From positions 8,494,001 through 8,558,000 of the forward strand of contig OX597834.1 of the NCBI GenBank assembly GCA_951406725.2: 64,000 nt of DNA, given 5' to 3'. Both the position numbers and the translations under genes were made by a program. Numbering within the stretch: the first letter of the stretch is position 1; every line of letters begins with the position of its first letter. Shown here in pieces: positions 15,296-27,237 of the stretch. The DNA comes from Octopus vulgaris (taxonomy: Eukaryota). The notes below the pieces were generated by a model that was not told the origin of the DNA, ran no database searches, and was given only the letters and a program-made list of their open reading frames with translations.

Positions 15296-15642
15296 GTATA
15301 GATCATAGTGAACCTATGTACATAGTCACGTGTGGGTACATATATACATACATACATACATACATGCATAAATACACACATAGATATACGAATGTGGCTG
15401 TGTATGTGTGCGCGCGCGTTTGTGCGAATGTTTGTACAGTAATAGGTTGGAAGATCCCGTTTATTTATGTGTGTTGTAACCGAAAGTCTGACTGTTGTTG
15501 CGTCCACCCCGATATACTGGAATAGATAGACAAGGAAGACAGTACTAAGATCGACTTCGCCGACTTCTCGACAACTCGACTTCCTGTGTTACAGTATTTG
15601 TAACGACCAAACATACCACTCGTCACGTGGGAGGGTTGTTCC

Positions 15643-15653
15643 ATTATTATTAC

Positions 15654-15698
<45 letters not shown>

Positions 15699-15775
15699 CA
15701 TCATTATTATTATTATTATTATTATTGTTGTTGTTGTTGTTTTTCTTGTTATTGTTATTATTATTATTACTATTT
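15643..15775. repeat. (ATT)n/(GTT)n microsatellite
   Basis: Directly visible. Confidence 0.95.
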
Positions 15776-17220
15776 CCCCCATAACAATGAGTTGATTTCT
15801 TATACCTATAGTGATGGTACTTAAATAAATGACATAAGCAAGTGTACAAAAGAAAAAATGGAACTTGCAAATTCCCCGATAAGCAAGTAGTCATATTATT
15901 TATATCCAACAACGAAGTACAGTACGTTTCATTCGCCTGTCAATGGAAAGACGTTGAAAACACTTCTCAAATTATATGCAATATTTTCTATAAGTATCTA
16001 CTTTTGTTTACTTTCTTTTTTAATAATCATGATTATTATTTGAATAAATAAATAATCATTTGGTCCTATGCAAATTTTAATCATATGAATTTGGCATAGG
16101 CATCGATCAAATCTACTTTTGTCATCTATTTAGGCTTCTAATCCTCTTTTCGTCAAACATTTACAAACCTTAATTCAGTTCAATTAAAAATCATGTGTAA
16201 GCTACGCATTGTAAGGCACACTATAATTTGCTAAAAACCTTTATCTGCGTGGAGGCTATGCAACGCTCGATCGATGCTTTTTTTTTCTTCATTTTAATTT
16301 CACTGTCTATAAATGTACATCATTTAATATCCTATAATTACGGGAAATTTTATTGGTATTTTCTTTTGTATACAGTCTATTTTATCCTCGGTTTCAGATA
16401 AGCAGTGTTTGTAATACATTTCATTGTATGCAAATAGATCTTCATTAGCAGAAAGCGTCGAAATACGTGTTGATCTATTTTCAACGATGGAGTTTATGTA
16501 GTTTCTAGGTTAATTAGAATTTTTGTTCAAGTAGCTTAGATATCCATTCCGTTTATTTTATGGTTGGTAAAGCTCTCTACTTAAAACCAGAGCAAAATTA
16601 AGTAAGTTAATCTTGCTTTTATTTTCTATGGCATTAGACAGACTGAAGCGCTTAGGGAATTTGAAAAGCTTTTCCGCGATCTGTCATGATTAATCTTACA
16701 AGGCCTGTAGATAGTGTAAAGAGCATCGCACCTAAACCGTCCTTTCCCTAAATCAGGAAATTCTCTACGTTTACAGTTAACCACGTTAATGCCTACTTAA
16801 TCAGATCCGTTCTTTATCACTGGACCCCATAGTGGTGTCGAAATTATCGGTTCTATGAGGCTTGGACCAGTACTATGCATCAGATTTTATAATGGCGTCT
16901 CTAACCGTAAACATTATAGAAACTTCAAGCTCAGACAAATCTGACTTCACTTCGTCGGTAAAATTAAGTTCTTATTAAGTGTTATAGGGTTGGTATATGA
17001 ATAATAACTAAATATATCTAATTGAATTAAATTCGTATGACCTTTATACTTAATTTTAATGAAACAATCAATTACGTCCATTGAATTAGACAATAAGAAT
17101 AAAATAAGATTTTGTCTAACCTTAGAAATATGCGTATCAATAATAAATTCACTAGTCGTACCAATATCCGATTTAGAGGGGCTACTTATCTTCTGGATTG
17201 CTATTAAAGTTAAGCACATC

Positions 17221-17410
17221 CTATTGACAAGAGTCAATTCGTTTAGTGAGTGCCCTCTGGGGTAATTCAATCCTGGAGATGTTTCGTCTTGTATGGGGAG
17301 ACCACAGTGGGCAGCAGTATTCAAGGTGTGGCCGTACAAAGGAGGAGAAAAGTGGTATGATGACACCTTGTTCTGTGGACCGGAAAATTCTTAAGTTCCA
17401 GGAACTACTC
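17221..17410 (-). mobile_element. CR1/L2-group LINE RT C-terminal fragment
   Basis: IIPLFSSFVRPHLEYCCPLWSPHTRRNISRIELPQRALTKRI matches the conserved VRPxLEYxxxxWSP..I..LExVQR.ATK motif. Confidence 0.8.
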
Positions 17411-17544
17411 CTACGTGCTACATATCTATATATATATATATACATATATATACATATGCATATATATATATATATATATGTAACATATTCATGCGTATGT
17501 GTGCATGATGAATATGGGTGTGTTTGTGCGTGTGTGTCGCAGTA

Positions 17545-17665
17545 ATTAAACAGCAGCCATACTGGAGCACCATCTGGATTCGTCATTCCCTCTTACGGAA
17601 CAGGTATGTTACGGATGCGCAAACACTCCCACACCGATTGTGTGTGAGTGTGTGTATGTGTGTGT

Positions 17666-17739
<74 letters not shown>

Positions 17740-17900
17740 ACAGACACTAGCGTGGAGCATTGGTGGCGCACAGACACAGACGCAAAGCCACATGCATATA
17801 GATATCGGATAAATTTCAGTTTCCCGTATCAAATCAACTTAAGTCTTCCGTCGGCTTGAAGCTATAATAAAAGACATTTGATCTAGTGATTGGTCAAGTG
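17545..17900 (-). mobile_element. Strongly decayed SINE family A copy with expanded (GT)n
   Basis: gcagccatactggagcacc and ttcagtttcccgtatcaaatcaact..gctataataaaagacatttg resemble family A. Confidence 0.45.
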
Positions 17901-18089
17901 GTATTGAATCAGATGGTATGTCGTTATCAAGCATCTTGCCACGTACCACGCATGTGCCTGTACACACACACATACACACACACACAGACAAACATACACA
18001 CACACACACACACTCACACACACACACACTCACACAAACACACATAAGAAATATTCATATTGTATGTTACACATACATAAGTGTTTTTA

Positions 18090-18302
18090 CGAGGGTGTGC
18101 TGGAAAATGTTCCTGACTTTAAGTGTATTTCGTAAGGCCTGGATGGATATCTATCCGTCACAGTTCTTTAACAGATCTTACAAAAACTGGAGGACCGCTG
18201 GAATAAGTTTGTGAATCTGAGAGGGGGATATGTGAAATGTATTCATAATTAACTAATGCACCTCTATTTTCTTTAACCCAAAGAGGTTTCAGCACCCCTC
18301 AG
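18090..18302 (+). mobile_element. Mariner-derived MITE (about 210 bp) flanked by TA
   Basis: TIR-like ta|cgagggtgtgctggaaa ... tttcagcacccctcag|ta; interior encodes KLEDRWNKFVNLRGGYV, a mariner C-terminus. Confidence 0.75.
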
Positions 18303-18780
18303 TATATGATATATGTTATATAAATATCTATATTATTTTAACCACAGTAAGTAATCAAGCTTAAAATAATAGTCAGTCGACTAGAATTCTGGGAGTTTAA
18401 TAACTTCATATGCGTACAATATCTGGAAATCGTGGGTATTCGGAATGCACTATTTGGTTGGACATGTCCAATTGTATATGTATGCGCGTGAAATTGTGTT
18501 CAAAATTAATTTTCCGATGGAAAGTTTAAATTAGGGAAACGGATTACCTTTTTATTTATGTCCAGTGCTCGTGTTAATGCTGTGTGTTTAACTGAGTGCT
18601 GCCGTGTGTATTACAACACATTGGCTGCTTTTGCGAGTAGCGTACACTCAGCCATTTATAGTGTGTGTGTGAAAGCTTGAATGCATGAGAGGGCATGTAT
18701 CGTTGTCACGTGGTAGTTGTTAAATACGGCGTATTTCTTTATGGACTATACAACGTGTGAATGTATTTTTCGTTTAATAC

Positions 18781-19333
18781 TCTCTCTCTCTTTTACTCTT
18801 TTACTTGTTTCAGTCATTTGACTGCGGCCATGCTGGAGCACCGCCTTTAGTCGAGCAAATGGACCCCACGACTTATTCTTTGTAAGCCCAGTACTTATTC
18901 TATCGGTCACTTTTGCCGAACCGCTAATGACGGGGACGTAAACACACCGGCATCGGTTATCAAACAATGCTAGGGCGACAAACACAGACACACACACACA
19001 CACACACATACATATATATATACATATATACGACAGGCTTCTTTCAGTTTCCGTCTACCAAATCCACTCACAAGGCATTGGTTGGCCCGGGGCTATAACA
19101 GAAGACACTTGCCCAAGATGCCACGCAGTGGGACTGAACCCGGAACCATGTGGTTGGTTGGCAAGCTACTTACCACACAGCCACTCCTGCGCCTATACAT
19201 ATACCAAATCCACTCACAAGGCATTGGTCGGCCCGGGGCTATAGCAGAAGACACTTGCCTAAGATGCCACGCAGTGGGACTGAACCCGGAACCAAGTGGT
19301 TGGTTAGCAAGCTACTTACCACACAGCCACTCC
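18781..19333 (-). mobile_element. SINE family A (18781-19193) plus tandem extra head segment (19202-19333)
   Basis: taccaaatcc...cagccactcc repeated with 146-bp period and about 5 differences. Confidence 0.9.
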
Positions 19334-19870
19334 AGTATATAACACCATAATTTATATTAAAGCATTGACAGACACATATTTCGAATGAGACAAAGAAGAA
19401 GATGAAAGGCAGGAGAGAGGACACACATTACGATAAACGTTGTAACAATAATTACGAATGTCTTTATATTTAACAAAGAATAATTAATGGACGAGTTCGC
19501 CTTTATAAATACTAACATGTTTGTTGCTCTCATTCGAAATGTAATCTGATGAGAAAAAAAATGGATTCTCTGAGATTATACAGGCAATTATCAAAAGCAA
19601 ATATACTTTGACGTGTGATTAAACATCGAATAGAATATAACTCCAAGAGAAGACAGCTCAAATTCGCAGGGAGAATGTAAAAAATTCGAAAGCAATTAGT
19701 CTCATGAGAGTGACTGAAGATAGCTTAATGAATTTGCTACATTCAAGTGAAAAGACTGTGAGATAAATAAATGATTCCAAATAGAAGAAAAACGGCGAGA
19801 TGATTATAAATATTGGTTTCAAATTAAGGCACAAGAATAGCAATTTTGAGTGTTGCAGTAGGTGATTGCA

Positions 19871-19928
19871 TCGAACCCACGACCCCAAGATTAAGAGTCT
19901 CGTTCTCTACCGACTGAGCTAGCCGGGC
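19871..19928 (-). tRNA. trnK-CTT: tRNA-Lys(CTT) pseudogene, positions 1-58 only (3'-truncated), fused to a family C SINE tail
   Basis: GCCCGGCTAGCTCAGTCGGTAGAGAACGAGACTCTTAATCTTGGGGTCGTGGGTTCGA closely matches metazoan tRNA-Lys(CTT); T-stem 3' strand and acceptor 3' strand are missing. Confidence 0.85.
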
Positions 19929-20008
19929 TTTTATAAAGAAAATTGCCGAATTGTTGAAATATATTGTGATGAATTTCATTTTTCAAAATATTGCTTACTT
20001 TTTACTCA

Positions 20009-20054
<46 letters not shown>

Positions 20055-20574
20055 AAGAGAGATAGAGATAGAGAGGGGTATATGATATATTTATATATAC
20101 ACTACATATACATACGAGCATTTGCATATATAATGGGGAAAAAAGAATCATTCTCGAAACACATTAATTACACCTGCAAACAGACTGCCTGGGAAATCTC
20201 ATTTAATTAGCAGTGAAATGATACGACATGTTAAACAGTAAGTCTTCGTCCTTAGGGATTGAATAATTTTGTTGCTGCAGGAAATATTTCCTTGAAGAGT
20301 CATGTGCTTATTTCTATTAAGTGTTTAATGAAGAGCACAAACATACTTACTCACATAAGTGTATATATATACACTCTTATTTTAATGACTTGCACACGCA
20401 CGTATATACACATACGCACATATATCAACGCAGATGCATATGTATATAAACATACATCTATTTATTCATATATCTACTTCTCTTTTATTAAATATGTATG
20501 TGTGTTTATTCGCACCTGTACATGTACACACACATATATATATCCATATCACCGTATGTGCCAAGTATACAGGG

Positions 20575-20667
<93 letters not shown>

Positions 20668-20779
20668 TTAACATACACATATATATATATATACATATAT
20701 ATAATACATATATATATATATATATGCATATATACATACATATATGTACATACCTACATGGGTATGTATATATACATAC

Positions 20780-20858
<79 letters not shown>

Positions 20859-21414
20859 TATACAAACACACACATATGTATATATATAAAGTGCGTGTGT
20901 ATAAGTGTGGCATGCAATTCCGGTGTGTGAAATGCAGAGCAGACCAAAAAGAAAATCGCTGATTTTTTTTTTTCCTTTTGTGTATGTATTCTGCTAGAAA
21001 TGTCTTCCTTTAGCACAATGTCGACATACCTTTCGTCTCTCAGACGGATCGATGAAAATAATTACCGCACACTGGGGTCGATATAATGGAATATAATTCT
21101 TCAAGGCGTTGCCCCAGCATGGCAGCAATTCAGTGTGTTAAACCGATAAAAGAATGAAAGTATGTACTGACGGGAATAGAGTATATTGCACTTCAATTCT
21201 TAGCCTATGACCTTTAACATGATCGAGAAATATTGCATTTCCAAATTCAAAGATTCAGATTAACATCAAAATGATATTAACACTTTGTGGCTTGTTTACC
21301 TCCAGGTGCACGCTTTTTGTGCAGGCCTATAATAAATACTACCTGTCATTTTCATTGCAAACGTAGGAAATTGAGGTCTACTTTATGTTGCTTGTCCTCC
21401 ATTTTTATCACAAA

Positions 21415-21813
21415 CTAGCAGTATCGCCCGGCGTTGCTCGGGTTTGTAAGGGAAATAACTTTGTAAGCATTTTTAGAGATGTAAAGTATAATAGCCATTT
21501 CAATATGGCTAACCACAAAGGAGGGGTGTTACTGTAGCTTTTTACGTTCTGAGATTTAATAATACATTTTTAGAGAGTTACTTCCCTTATATAATAGCGA
21601 ACAAATGCATTAAAAATGGGAAAAATTGATGGTAATTTTTTTTTTTAATCGTAGACTCATCGTAGACGCGCGCCAATACCCAGAAGGGCTCGATATGAAT
21701 CACGACTATGAGATACCCGCTTTTGGTTAAACTGCACCGCAAAATGTGGGAGTAGTTAGGAATCTAAATCGTAGGAGACAGACGCCACACAACTTCAGTT
21801 TTATATATATAGA
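21415..21813 (-). mobile_element. Non-autonomous Helitron
   Basis: Minus strand A|TCTATATATATAAAA ... cccgagcaacgccggg hairpin ... CTAG|T. Confidence 0.9.
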
Positions 21814-22874
21814 TTACAGAGTGAGTTTTTTTTGCATGATGTACGGATGTGTAAAGACTATATTCATGTGCGGAGTAATAGTAGTCTATAAATCAGAATA
21901 TTACGAATCAAAGGATCATTGAAAATCACTTGAACTCTTCCTAAAATATTTTCTTTCATACGAAAGTGTTTTCTTATAGTCAGACGCGTTCAGGAGGGTA
22001 AGATATTGTAGCAAGGCATACACGTGTAGGGTAATAATCCTTTCATTGTTTATCATGGACTATATATTGTCTTGCAGACGGAGCTCTTATATTACCTTAT
22101 TTGAGCAAAGCATTTTTCGATTACGCTGCCATGGCTGCTTTTTTCGCATTTATGCATTAACTGTTTCGATTTGATCTGCATTTCATGATAAACGACGCCA
22201 TTTATTACCTGCCGAGCACCGAACATAACGTTTACGGATGTAACCTTGATACGCGGAAGGATGTTCCTCTTTGAACGGTTGTTAACCATTGTCGTTCTTA
22301 CTCGTGATGATTATAGTGAAATTACTTTATATCACTTGCGAGAATTTTACAGAAGAAAACTTCCTTAGCATGTCTACAATTCTATGACGAACACAGGACG
22401 AAACATTAAGTTCATAAACAGGCTGGTGGTGAGGGATCTGTGCACTAATTTTAACAATTTTTCTTAATTCATGGGACTTGAATTGAACTGTTTTTATGAT
22501 CGAAGTGGGACCTCAATTGAACTGCTAATTTACTTCCCGCTAAATTTCAAATTCGAAACATCGAAACAATCCAATAAACACTTAAACGTCCAATAGAGGA
22601 AACATATTTAGTATCTCATAGAAGTCTTTTTCAATTGCTGTACAAGAGAAAATTCCCTTGGTCACTTAGAAAGAAAATTTATGTACTCTCCCTTTTTGAC
22701 GACACAAGAATAAAAAAGGGAATATAAAACTCAGGTTTGATAGTAGTATCTTTAGTCAAATTCTTCATCGTTATTTTTACCCGACAGTTAAAAAACAGTG
22801 AAGACTACATTTTGTTGAGGAACATTGATTGTTCTTTTTACAGCTTAACATTGTAACATGCAAAAACAGCATAT

Positions 22875-23130
22875 TCATCTCAAATTTTAGCACAAGGCCA
22901 GCAAGTGCGAGGCCACTCGTGGCGGTGTGGTAAAGAAGAGTTTTCCACTCACATGGTTTCGGATTCAGTCCCATAGCATGACAAATTAGATCGATCCCAG
23001 TACTCAACTCGTAGTTATTTCCTCGACTCCAAAAGGATGAAAGTAAAGTTGACCTCGATTCAATACGTAACGACGGACGAGTTGCCGCTAAGCATTTTCC
23101 CGACATGCTAACAATTCTGCTTGGTCACCA
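22875..23130 (-). mobile_element. Old family C SINE carrying a 68-bp foreign insert (22920-22987)
   Basis: caaattttagcacaaggccagc..[insert]..atcgatcccagtactcaact..ccgctaagcattttcccgacatgctaac. Confidence 0.75.
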
Positions 23131-23167
23131 TCCTATACATATTTGATGTATTACCATGATAAAGCTA

Positions 23168-23620
<453 letters not shown>

Positions 23621-23624
23621 ATAA

Positions 23625-23686
<62 letters not shown>

Positions 23687-24067
23687 ACAATCAAGGAACG
23701 GCCATAATAGGCCATTCACCCACTAGAAATAACAGCCAAAGCTTCAACCGCAAATAAAAGTTAATTCTGTAAACCAGAGAAAATTTAAAAAACATTTACC
23801 CTGTAATTTCTTATACGATATACCGTTTCATCTGCTGATTAATGGTAAACTAACCTGATTAAATTAAATCAAGCCAATCTTCCACAGGCCCTCAGATTCT
23901 TCAGTAAGAAATAGCCCAAGTCGGAACAGATATTTTCACGAGGCATTTCCGACCTTGCCAAGTTTATATCTGACCTAAAATTTTCAAATCGTCGCACTCG
24001 CGCCAAATTTATCGGCAGCAAATACATATAAGCCGTCGATTCCATTACGGAATTAACCAGAAAATTC

Positions 24068-24130
24068 ATAATTAATCAATATAGGGTGGCAAAAAAAATT
24101 TTGTAGAATTCTTTTGCCACCCTATATTGA

Positions 24131-24138
<8 letters not shown>
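24068..24138. repeat. Perfect 27-bp inverted repeat (17-bp spacer) abutting (TA)n
   Basis: ataattaatcaatatagggtggcaaaa / ttttgccaccctatattgattaattat. Confidence 0.95.
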
Positions 24139-24182
<44 letters not shown>

Positions 24183-24324
24183 TTATATATATATATATAT
24201 ATAGAATTATATATATATATATAGAATTATATATATATATGCTTTTTTCAATTTGACATATTGTATGTGTCACTTTAATTGAAATTTGCCTTTTCTTAAA
24301 CGCGTTTTACTCTATAAATTTCAA

Positions 24325-24608
24325 TAACAGTTATATATTAGGCTTTTCCCCTCTGATCTACAACTAGAAGCCATATAGAACTGAATCGAAGCTGGCAATG
24401 GATAAGAATAATGTCTTAAAAAGACCAAATCCTTCTGGGCTCCCACAGAAATTGGATACACATACGTACGTTCGGGTATCTATTTTTTGCAAAATGGTTT
24501 TTAAAAATCACAAGCATTTTCATCCTATCATGTTTGGTAAGAACCTCATTTCCTCAGAGATGTCTCAAGACATATGTTTTCTCCCGAAACAAATAAAAGA
24601 TAAATTAA
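24325..24608 (+). repeat. About 285-bp sequence repeated in inverted orientation at 26951-27237
   Basis: Continuous alignment with scattered substitutions; also visible as near-identical ORF translations (KRPNPSGLPQKL..THTYVRV). Confidence 0.9.
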
Positions 24609-25018
24609 ATCTCAATACGAACAACAACAACAACAACAACAACACTAATGATTATTACTATGATAATGAAAATTAGAATAATAATAATGCATTACTAATA
24701 GTAGTACTGACAATTTACAACGATTAGTTACGAGGGCAAACTGATTAATATCAAAATTAGAGTAATTATATTTCAATGGTACAATAATTATTATTCAAAG
24801 AGAGTTTGATAATCTTTGAAGGTTAGATGTATTAATAAGATAAGAAATGTAAGTTTTATACGGCAGAACAAAGTAGAGTAATTTGTTCAAGTAATATTAT
24901 ACAAATGATGACTAACTTCGATAATACATTCATTCACAATACCATACGTGTATATGTGCGTATGCATACATACATATTTATATATATATATACATCGATA
25001 TAAGTGAGTTTGTGTGTT

Positions 25019-25175
<157 letters not shown>

Positions 25176-25189
25176 TATATGTATATATA

Positions 25190-25610
25190 TATTCTTGTTA
25201 TTTGTTTCGGTCACTATGGTGCGGCCATGCTGGGGCACCTTCTAGAAATTTTAGGCGAACGAGTCGACACAAGTACTTATTTTATTTTATTTTTTTATTT
25301 CAGCCTTGTACTTATTCTATCGCTCACGTTTGCTGAACCTCTAAGTTACGAGGACATAAGCACACTATCACCGATTATGTAACGGTGGTCTGGTAACTAT
25401 ATATGTGTGTGTGTGTCTGTGTGTGTGTGTGTATTTTTACATGCGTATACGACGGTCCTCTTTTAGTTTCCGTTCATCAAATCAACATACACGATTTTGG
25501 CACATAGGTGGCTATAGCTGAAGAGATTTTCCCAATTTGTCATGCTATGGGACATAATCCAAAACCATGTGAGTGGAAAACTCTTCTTTACCACACCGCC
25601 ATCCTGCGCA
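25190..25610 (-). mobile_element. Decayed SINE family A
   Basis: gcggccatgctggggcacc..tacttattctatcg..cttta ccacaccgccatcctgcgc. Confidence 0.8.
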
Positions 25611-25623
25611 TTTATGTACACAC

Positions 25624-25641
25624 AATAATAATAATAATAAC

Positions 25642-25685
<44 letters not shown>

Positions 25686-25722
25686 CAACAACAACAACAA
25701 CAACACTAATAATAATAATAAC

Positions 25723-25787
<65 letters not shown>

Positions 25788-26040
25788 ATTTATTTATTTA
25801 TCAATTTTTAAATATATATTTTATCTGTGAATTTGCGTGTGTAATCTGGGAATGCATTCAATGAGCTTCTCTGCCCTAGGTGTACAGAAAAACACTCAGA
25901 GAGAAACGGAAGAAAATTTGAAGAAAAAAGGGTAAAAAAAAAAAAAGAAGAAGAAGAAGAAGAAAAAGAAGAAGAAGAAGAAGAAGAAGAAGAAGAAGAA
26001 GAAGAAGAAGAAGAAGAAGAAGAACAAGAACAAGAACAAA
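25624..26040. repeat. (AAT/AAC)n tract 25624-25785 and (GAA)n tract 25946-26040
   Basis: Directly visible. Confidence 0.95.
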
Positions 26041-26196
26041 AACATGAAGAATATATAAATTTGCTCGCATGCTTGTGTGTGTTCTTGTGGTTAAGTGGCT
26101 GTTTGCCATCCCCTGCGGGGCCGTAATGATTTTTTGACCTAAAATCACACACGCGATCTCATAATTTCATTTACACTTTTCACACCAGTACCTGTC

Positions 26197-26249
<53 letters not shown>

Positions 26250-26950
26250 CATAAAACAACGGTGCACTTCCTTATTAACCTATGACCTGCCATAAACTTT
26301 GCAGAAATCATCTATTTGGATATGATAGGAATATAAAAGTTCTTCGTTGGTAAAGTCAGGAAATCCAGACGATTTTATAAGCATTGGGTATCTGGTACAC
26401 CGACATTATATCTGCATGCAACTATTTCGTTCAAAAAGCCCAATGGCATTGATGCGTGATATGTTACTTAGCTTGCCTCTCGATATCTAATAATGTCCAG
26501 TGACCGAGGTTTTCACGAATTGACCACTCAAACACACTCGGTCCATATAATATTCAGAATCACCAGCATAAACTCCGAATCTAATGAGTTTATATTTACC
26601 ACCAGATTCATTATATAACAACCAGGTAGTATAGAAAATTAGCTGAGGCTTTCCTGCTCCAGTGAGGAACCAATACAAATGAGGTTCTTTAAAAGCCTTG
26701 CAAACGAACGACAACGAGACATAAATATATTTACACACATTTTGCAAAGTTATTTCAATAATAAAAATGTTATCTGTGGTATTAAGACATTCACAAGCTC
26801 CGAGATGTCTTAGAACGAAAGTATTAGACTGGTTTTCTATCGATTGTTTTATGTCATACCTATTAAAACAACATCGTCAACGTCACAATGCTTCTCGCTT
26901 CCATGGGCCGAACCTCCTCTAGAAGAGAGAATAGATTGGGATTACTAATT

Positions 26951-27237
26951 TTATTTATCTATTATTTGTTTTGGGAGAAAACATATGTCTTGAGACATCT
27001 CCAAGGTAATAAGGTTCTTACTAAACATGATAGGATGAAAATGCTTTTCATTCTTAAAAACCATTTTGCAAAAGATACATACCCGAACGTACGTATGTGT
27101 AACCAATTTCTGTGGGAGCCCAGAAGGATTTGGTCTTTTAAAGACATTGTTCTTTTCCATTGCCAGCTTCGATTCAGTTCTATATGGCTTCTATTTGCAG
27201 GGCAGAGGGGGAAAGCCTAATATATATAACAGTTATA
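26951..27237 (-). mobile_element. 287-bp insertion flanked by a perfect 31-bp direct repeat
   Basis: tagaagagagaatagattgggattactaatt at 26920-26950 and 27238-27268; insert is the inverse of 24325-24608. Confidence 0.75.

Noticed and set aside
26598-26700. Exon-like minus-strand segment AFKEPHLYWFLTGAGKPQLIFYTTWLLYNESG
   Set aside because: Weak AAG acceptor, phase does not join neighbouring candidates, and no recognisable homology.
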